Assembly (NCBI GenBank): GCA_965203555.1
Contig: CBDBCY010000004.1
Location: forward strand, 1,376,001 to 1,440,000
Reading direction: 5' to 3'
Origin: Acidimicrobiia bacterium
GTDB taxonomy: Bacteria > Actinomycetota > Acidimicrobiia > Spongiisociales > ZC4RG35
DNA length: 64,000 bases
Positions 58,679-64,000 of the stretch are shown here, piece by piece. How positions within the stretch are numbered: the stretch's first letter is position 1; every line of letters begins with the position of its first letter. The position numbers were made by a program, and so were the translations under genes. The notes beneath the pieces were generated by a model. The model saw only the letters and a list, made by a program, of their open reading frames with translations, made no database searches and was not told where the DNA came from.

Positions 58679-61600
58679 ATGGGAACCGGAGCGGCCGATC
58701 TCACCGCCGGCCGGGCAGGGAAAGGGCTCCGCCACCTGAACCTGAAGGTCGGATACACCACCTCCGACCAACCCGTCAAGAATTTCTACATCCCAGTGCT
58801 GTCCCGGGCCACCGAGTTGGACCGCATGGCCGGGTACTTTTCGTCCGCCAGTCTCGCTCTCGCCGCCCGCGGACTGGCCGGGCTGATCCGCAACGGGGGC
58901 CGGATGCGGCTGCTGGTGGGGACCGACCTGAAGCCCGAGGACATCGCGGCGATCGAACGGGGCCACAGCCTGGAGTCGGTGGTCACCGAGCATCTTCTCG
59001 CCCTGCTGGAAGGGCGCCCGAGCGAATTGGAGAAGGAGCGACTCAAGGCCCTCTCCTGGATGGTGGCCGACGGAACCCTACAGATCAGAGTGGTGGTCCC
59101 CCGACCCGGGGCCGGCTACTTTCACTCCAAGAACGGCATCGCCACCGACCATCGGGGAGACCGGATCGCCTGGCAGGGAAGCAACAACGAGACCCCCCAC
59201 GGCTGGATAAACAACTACGAGCAGTTCTCGGTGTTCAACAGTTGGGGCACCGAAGACCACGTCGAGTTCGTAGAGGGAGAGTTCCAGCAGGCCTGGAAAG
59301 GCAGGCTGTCCGGGATACATCACTCTCCCCGTCCCCGAAGCGGCCCGTCGCAGGCTCCTCCAATACCGACCGCAGGCACCCCCCGATCGCGACCCCGAGG
59401 AGCCCGATCCCAGGCTCAACGCCCGCCAGGCCGTGATTGCGGCTTGGCTGAGAGACGTTCCCCACCTGCTGGGCATGGAAGGACGGATCGGACCAACCGC
59501 CGCTATCCGGCCCTGGCCGCACCAGCGACTGGTGGCCGACCAGGTGGTGAGCACCTTCCCCGAGAGGTACCTGCTGGCCGACGAGGTGGGGCTCGGCAAG
59601 ACCATCGAGGTGGGGCTGGTACTGCGCGATCTGGTCCTCTCCGAACGGGTGCGCCGGTGCCTGATCCTCGCTCCCGCGTCGGTGCTGCGCCAGTGGCAGG
59701 AGGAACTTTGGGAGAAGTTCGGGATGGCGGTCCCCCGGTATGAGGGAGGGAAGCTGATCGATCCCAGCCCCGGCGCGGGCGCGTCCGGCCCGGGGGCCAG
59801 GGCCGGCTGGCTGGACGAACCGATGGTGCTGGTCTCGAGCCAACTCGCCAAACGAAAGGAACGCCGCGCCGAGCTGTGGGAGAGATCCGACTGGGACATG
59901 GTGGTGGTCGACGAGGCCCACCACGCCCGGCGTAAGGGCCACAACGAGCCGAGGCGTCGACCCAACCGCCTCCTGGAGCTGCTGGAAGGAGTCGGCGGTC
60001 AACCCGGACTCGCCCGCAAGACCCGGGGGCTGCTGCTCCTCACCGCCACCCCCATGCAGGTACACCCGATAGAGGTATGGGACCTGCTCACTCAACTGGG
60101 ACTGCCTGGACGCTGGGGTGCCGATGAGACGAACTTCCTGCGCTACTTCCAAGAGCTGCGGAGAGCCGCCGGCGAGTGGGAGGAGGTGAACTGGCGGCTG
60201 GTGGGGGCCATGGCATCCGACGAACTCCGACACGGCGGCCCTGTCCATCGCGAAATAGAACAATACGTCAAGAACAGGCTGGGTTGGGCGGGGTGGGAAC
60301 GCCTCCGCCGGTATCCCGACCGGCCGGGCCGGATCCCCGCCATCCGGGACCCCGGGGAGCGGGCCGCCCTGCTTCGGATGTTCGGCCATCTCACGCCGCT
60401 GCGTCGCCGCATGCACCGCAACACCCGGCAACTGCTGCGGGAATATCGCGACCGGGGGATACTGGACGCCCGGCTGGCCGAGCGGCGTCCCCAACCGCGC
60501 TGGGTGACCATGTCGCCGGCGGAGCGAGCCCTGTACGACCGGGTGGAGGAGTACATCTCCGACTTCTATGCCCGCTACGAGGGCCGGCGCAGAGGCCTGG
60601 GATTCGTGATGACCGTCTACCGGCGACGGCTGACCAGTTCCTTCCACGCCCTGGAACAGAGCCTGCGCCGCCGCCTCGAATTCCTCCGCGGAGAGAGTTC
60701 CACCTGGGCCACCGACGAGGACCTGGAGGAAGACGACCTGCAGACCGACGTCTCCGAGGAGATCGAGGACGATCCCGGCGGTCTCCGATCGCTGTACGCC
60801 GAGGAGATCGGGTACGTGGAGGACTTCCTCGGCGCCCTGGGGAACCTGGGGACCGACACCAAGTACGCCCGCCTGGCGGACGACGTCGACCGAGCCCTGG
60901 CCCGGCGCCCCAACATGGTGATCTTCACCCAGTACACCGACACCATGGACTACCTCCGAGCGCATCTGCGGGCGGTGTACGGGCGCCGTGTCGCCTGCTA
61001 CTCAGGACGGGGCGGGGAGCGATGGACCGGGGCGGAATGGGAACAGGTCGGCAAGGAACAGATCAAGGGCGCCTTCCGGAACGGTGAGATCCAGATCCTG
61101 CTGGGCACCGACGCCATGGCCGAGGGACTCAACCTGCAGTCCTGCGGGGTGGAGATCAACTACGACGTGCCCTGGAACCCGATGCGCCTGGAGCAACGGA
61201 TCGGGCGGGTGGACCGCATCGGACAGCGGTTCCCCACCGTCTGGATCTGGAATTACTTTCTGGAGGACACCATCGAAGCGGAGGTCTACCGACGGCTGAT
61301 GGACCGCATCGACTGGTTCCAGAGCGTGGTGGGCGCCCTCCAACCCATCCTGCACCGGGTGGACCGTACCATCCGCAGCCTGGCGATGCAGACCCCGGCG
61401 CAGCGGCGCGGGCGGATCGAACAGGAACTGGCCGAGATCGACGACCAGGTCACCGCCGCCGAGGGGGGTTTCGATCCCACCGATCACCTCACCCGCACCA
61501 CCCCGTCGTCGCCGCCGCCCCCACCGGCCACCCCCGACCAACTCCGGCGCTTCTTCACCGAGTCCTCCCCCACGCTCCGAACCCGCCTTCGTCCCCATCC

Positions 61601-62312
61601 CGATCTCCCCGGTGCCTACCGGGTGAGGTGGGAGAACCGGGACACAACAGCCACCTTCTCGCCCGACCTGGCCCGCCGCCACCCCGACACCCTGCGGTTG
61701 CTGACCTTCGGCGACCCGTTGTTCGAGCACCTGCTGGGCGAGGTCGACGATGCCGCACCGTCGCGGTTCGGCCTGGCGCGACTGCAAGCCCGGCTGGAGG
61801 GACGACGCCGGATCGGCTGGTATCGCAACCGGCAGGGCCGCCCCTCTCTCATCGAGTCGATGTCGGAGCTGGAGGACGCCCTGGACCGAGCGCCCGACCG
61901 GCCCGCCCTCGGGGAGGAGGCGGCCCGAGACGCCTTCGACGCGCAGCTCGCCCAGGAGACCGACCGCCGCCGCCGGGCGGAGACCGCAATCGCCGAGGAA
62001 CAGCGTTCGGCGCTGCTGGAAGAGGCCCGCCGCCTGCTTGCCCGCGCCGCCTGCACCTGGGCCGCCCGCCGGGCCAACCTGTTCGCAGCGGAGACCGCCT
62101 CATTGCCGGATAACACCATCGAGGCCATGGCCGGCGCCGAGGGTTACCCCTGGGCCGGCCTGCTGGCGCTGCTCGGCGCCCCCACCCCTCCGTCGCCCGA
62201 CGCCGAGCAGTGGCAGGAGGCATCCACCCTGACCGACCGCCAGCTACAGGCCCGCCACCGCTCCCTCAAAACCCGAGCCGAACTACTCCTCCACCGCCTC
62301 GCCGCCACCTGA
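58679..62312 (+). CDS. PLD nuclease-SNF2 helicase fusion, frameshifted near 59311
   Basis: GYFSS, FHSK and GSNNET PLD motifs; LADEVGLGKT, VDEAHHAR, LTATPMQ, EGLNLQ and PWNPMRLEQRIGRVDRIGQ; deleting one base in CCGGG joins the frames. Confidence 0.88.
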
Positions 62313-62410
62313 TTCAGCCCGCAGGACCACCGAGAAAACTCCCCAGTGCCCCTCCCGCCCCCGTTGCCACTCATCGAGCAACCCGGAGGCGTCTCCGGGC
62401 ACTTTGATTA

Positions 62411-62473
62411 ATCTTATGCTCAGGAACCATAAGATCAATAAGATGCTGATAGAAACATAAGATCAGGTAAGAT
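62411..62473. promoter_or_regulatory. AT-rich operator-like region with repeated TAAGAT
   Basis: ATCTTATG-N9-CATAAGAT inverted repeat plus three more TAAGAT copies before ATG 62482. Confidence 0.6.
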
Positions 62474-62481
62474 TCATCAAA

Positions 62482-63651
62482 ATGGAGGGTCTCGACAACC
62501 CCTACCGCCCCGGCGCCGGGACTCCCCCACCCGCCCTGATCGGCCGTGAGGAACTGACGGACGGTTTCGAAATGGCTGTGCGGCGGGCACTGGCCGGACG
62601 ACCGGGCAAGAGCTACATGCCCATCGGATTGCACGGCGTCGGCAAGACCGTGCTGCTGAACCGATTCGCCCAGATCGCCGAGAACCACGGCATGAAGGTC
62701 GGATTCATCGAAGCGCCGGAAGGTGACGACTTTCTCCACATCCTGGCGATCAGGTTGCGCAGGGTGCTGCTGCAACTGGGCAGAAGAAGAGTCCGAAGAG
62801 CAGTGAGCAGAGCCCTGGGGGCGCTCAAGTCGTTCACCCTGCAACTTCCGGATGGCTCTTCGATCGCGCTGGGGGTGGACGCCCTGTTCGGCCAAGCCGA
62901 CTCCGGCATTCTGTCCGAGGACCTTACCGACGTCCTGGTCTCGGTCGGAGAAGCCGCCCGGGAGTGCGGGTCCGGCCTCGTCTTGGCCGTGGACGAGATA
63001 CAGTACCTGTCCGCCGTAGAACTGGGAGGATTGATCGCCGCCATCCACCGGACCACCCAACTGGAATTGCCGGTGGTCCTGGTCGGCGCCGGACTACCGC
63101 AGCTGCCCGGGATCGCCGGGAATGCCAAGTCCTACGCCGAACGCCTCTTCGAATTTCCCGAGATCGGATCGCTGTCGCCCGAACAGGCCGCCGACGCCCT
63201 CCTCCTGCCTGCCCGCCAACTCGGAGTGGACTTCGAGCCCGCCGCCTTGCAGTACCTGGCCGACCGCTCGCACGGTTATCCGTACTTCCTCCAAGAGTGG
63301 GGTCACCATGTGTGGAACGGGGCGCCGGGCAGCCCGATAACCAGGGAGGACGCCGTCTCGGTTCGCCAGGAGGTGATCGCCACGCTGGACAGGAACTTCT
63401 TCCTGGTCCGCACCGATCGACTGACGCCGAAAGAACGAGAATACCTGCGGGCCATGGCCGAACTGGGACCCGGTCCCCACCGCTCCGGTGACATAGCAGC
63501 CGAACTCGGAGTGAAAGTCGAATCGGTGGGGCCGCGACGATCCGCCCTCATCGCCAAGGGAATGCTCTACAGCCCCGCTCACGGCGACACCGCCTTCACC
63601 GTTCCCCTCCTCGACAGTTTCCTGCGCAGACGCTTCCCCTTGGCGAAATAG
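62482..63651 (+). CDS. AAA_16-type ATPase with C-terminal winged helix
   Basis: NPYRPGAG.PP..L.GRE, GLHGVGKT, VDEIQ, GYPYFLQ and R..LI.KG..YSP..G...FTVP motifs. Confidence 0.85.
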   Translation: MEGLDNPYRPGAGTPPPALIGREELTDGFEMAVRRALAGRPGKSYMPIGLHGVGKTVLLNRFAQIAENHGMKVGFIEAPEGDDFLHILAIRLRRVLLQLGRRRVRRAVSRALGALKSFTLQLPDGSSIALGVDALFGQADSGILSEDLTDVLVSVGEAARECGSGLVLAVDEIQYLSAVELGGLIAAIHRTTQLELPVVLVGAGLPQLPGIAGNAKSYAERLFEFPEIGSLSPEQAADALLLPARQLGVDFEPAALQYLADRSHGYPYFLQEWGHHVWNGAPGSPITREDAVSVRQEVIATLDRNFFLVRTDRLTPKEREYLRAMAELGPGPHRSGDIAAELGVKVESVGPRRSALIAKGMLYSPAHGDTAFTVPLLDSFLRRRFPLAK

Positions 63652-63837
63652 CCGACAGTCCGCAAGGATGACCTCGAGAGGTGCTGAGGGCGGTGACCCT
63701 TATAATCTTCAGAGGAATGATCCTTCTGCCCCGACAGTTGTCATCAGAGACACGATTAGGATCACAACATAGGATTCCCCCTTATGGGCAGGGGGATAGG
63801 AAAGGCATCGCCCGTGCCGATCCGCCTCAACGAGAAA

Positions 63838-63891
63838 GGGGCGTCGGTAACTAAGTCCGGCCTAGAGACTTTTAGGATCGCCCGACGCCCC
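63838..63891 (-). terminator. Probable terminator or structured element after the minus-strand gene at the window end
   Basis: GGGGCGTCGG/CCGACGCCCC arms followed by TTTC on the minus strand; the loop is long. Confidence 0.4.
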
Positions 63892-63911
63892 GGACTCAAT
63901 CCTACCGAGTG

Positions 63912-64000
63912 TCACACCCTTCTGTTAGCCAACCTGTTCGCATGGCGCACCAACGCCTTCTCCCCAAGAAGCTCGTCAACCACCCTCACGGCATGAGCCT
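63912..64000 (-). CDS. 3' end of an unidentified CDS
   Basis: AHAVRVVDELLGEKALVRHANRLANRRV* on the minus strand. Confidence 0.45.
   Translation of the reverse strand, partial: AHAVRVVDELLGEKALVRHANRLANRRV

Noticed and set aside
63912-64000. Integrase C-terminus marking the island boundary
   Set aside because: Only 28 residues are visible and there is no catalytic motif

Overview
High-GC actinobacterial DNA, possibly Acidimicrobiia (inferred from F420-dependent enzymes, SLH proteins and a DUF222-HNH gene). It contains mostly catabolic and transport genes: SodC, UvrD-HRDC, two Ddn-like reductases, Ggt, two MFS, IolG, an Xdh-type operon ending in psuG, and MttB flanked by two dimethylglycine-dehydrogenase-like genes. 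It also carries decayed IS5 and IS1634 copies, three toxin-antitoxin loci, a cluster of secreted proteins sharing an unrecognised ~40-aa two-Cys module, two TIMP-like proteins, and a DUF499/DUF1156/PLD-SNF2 restriction-like defence operon. The most striking unannotated signal is a ~200-250 bp intergenic element present five times (6842, 16000, 20360, 43777, 48677). Each copy has a RecA-NDp/PafBC-like promoter, and four show two covarying stem-loops followed by a G-rich tail. One copy lies directly behind the DUF222-HNH nuclease gene, which has the same promoter motif. This suggests a DNA-damage-inducible multicopy ncRNA family, possibly linked to the nuclease. Several single-base frameshifts fall in homopolymers and may be sequencing errors. 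All assignments are by eye; no searches were run.
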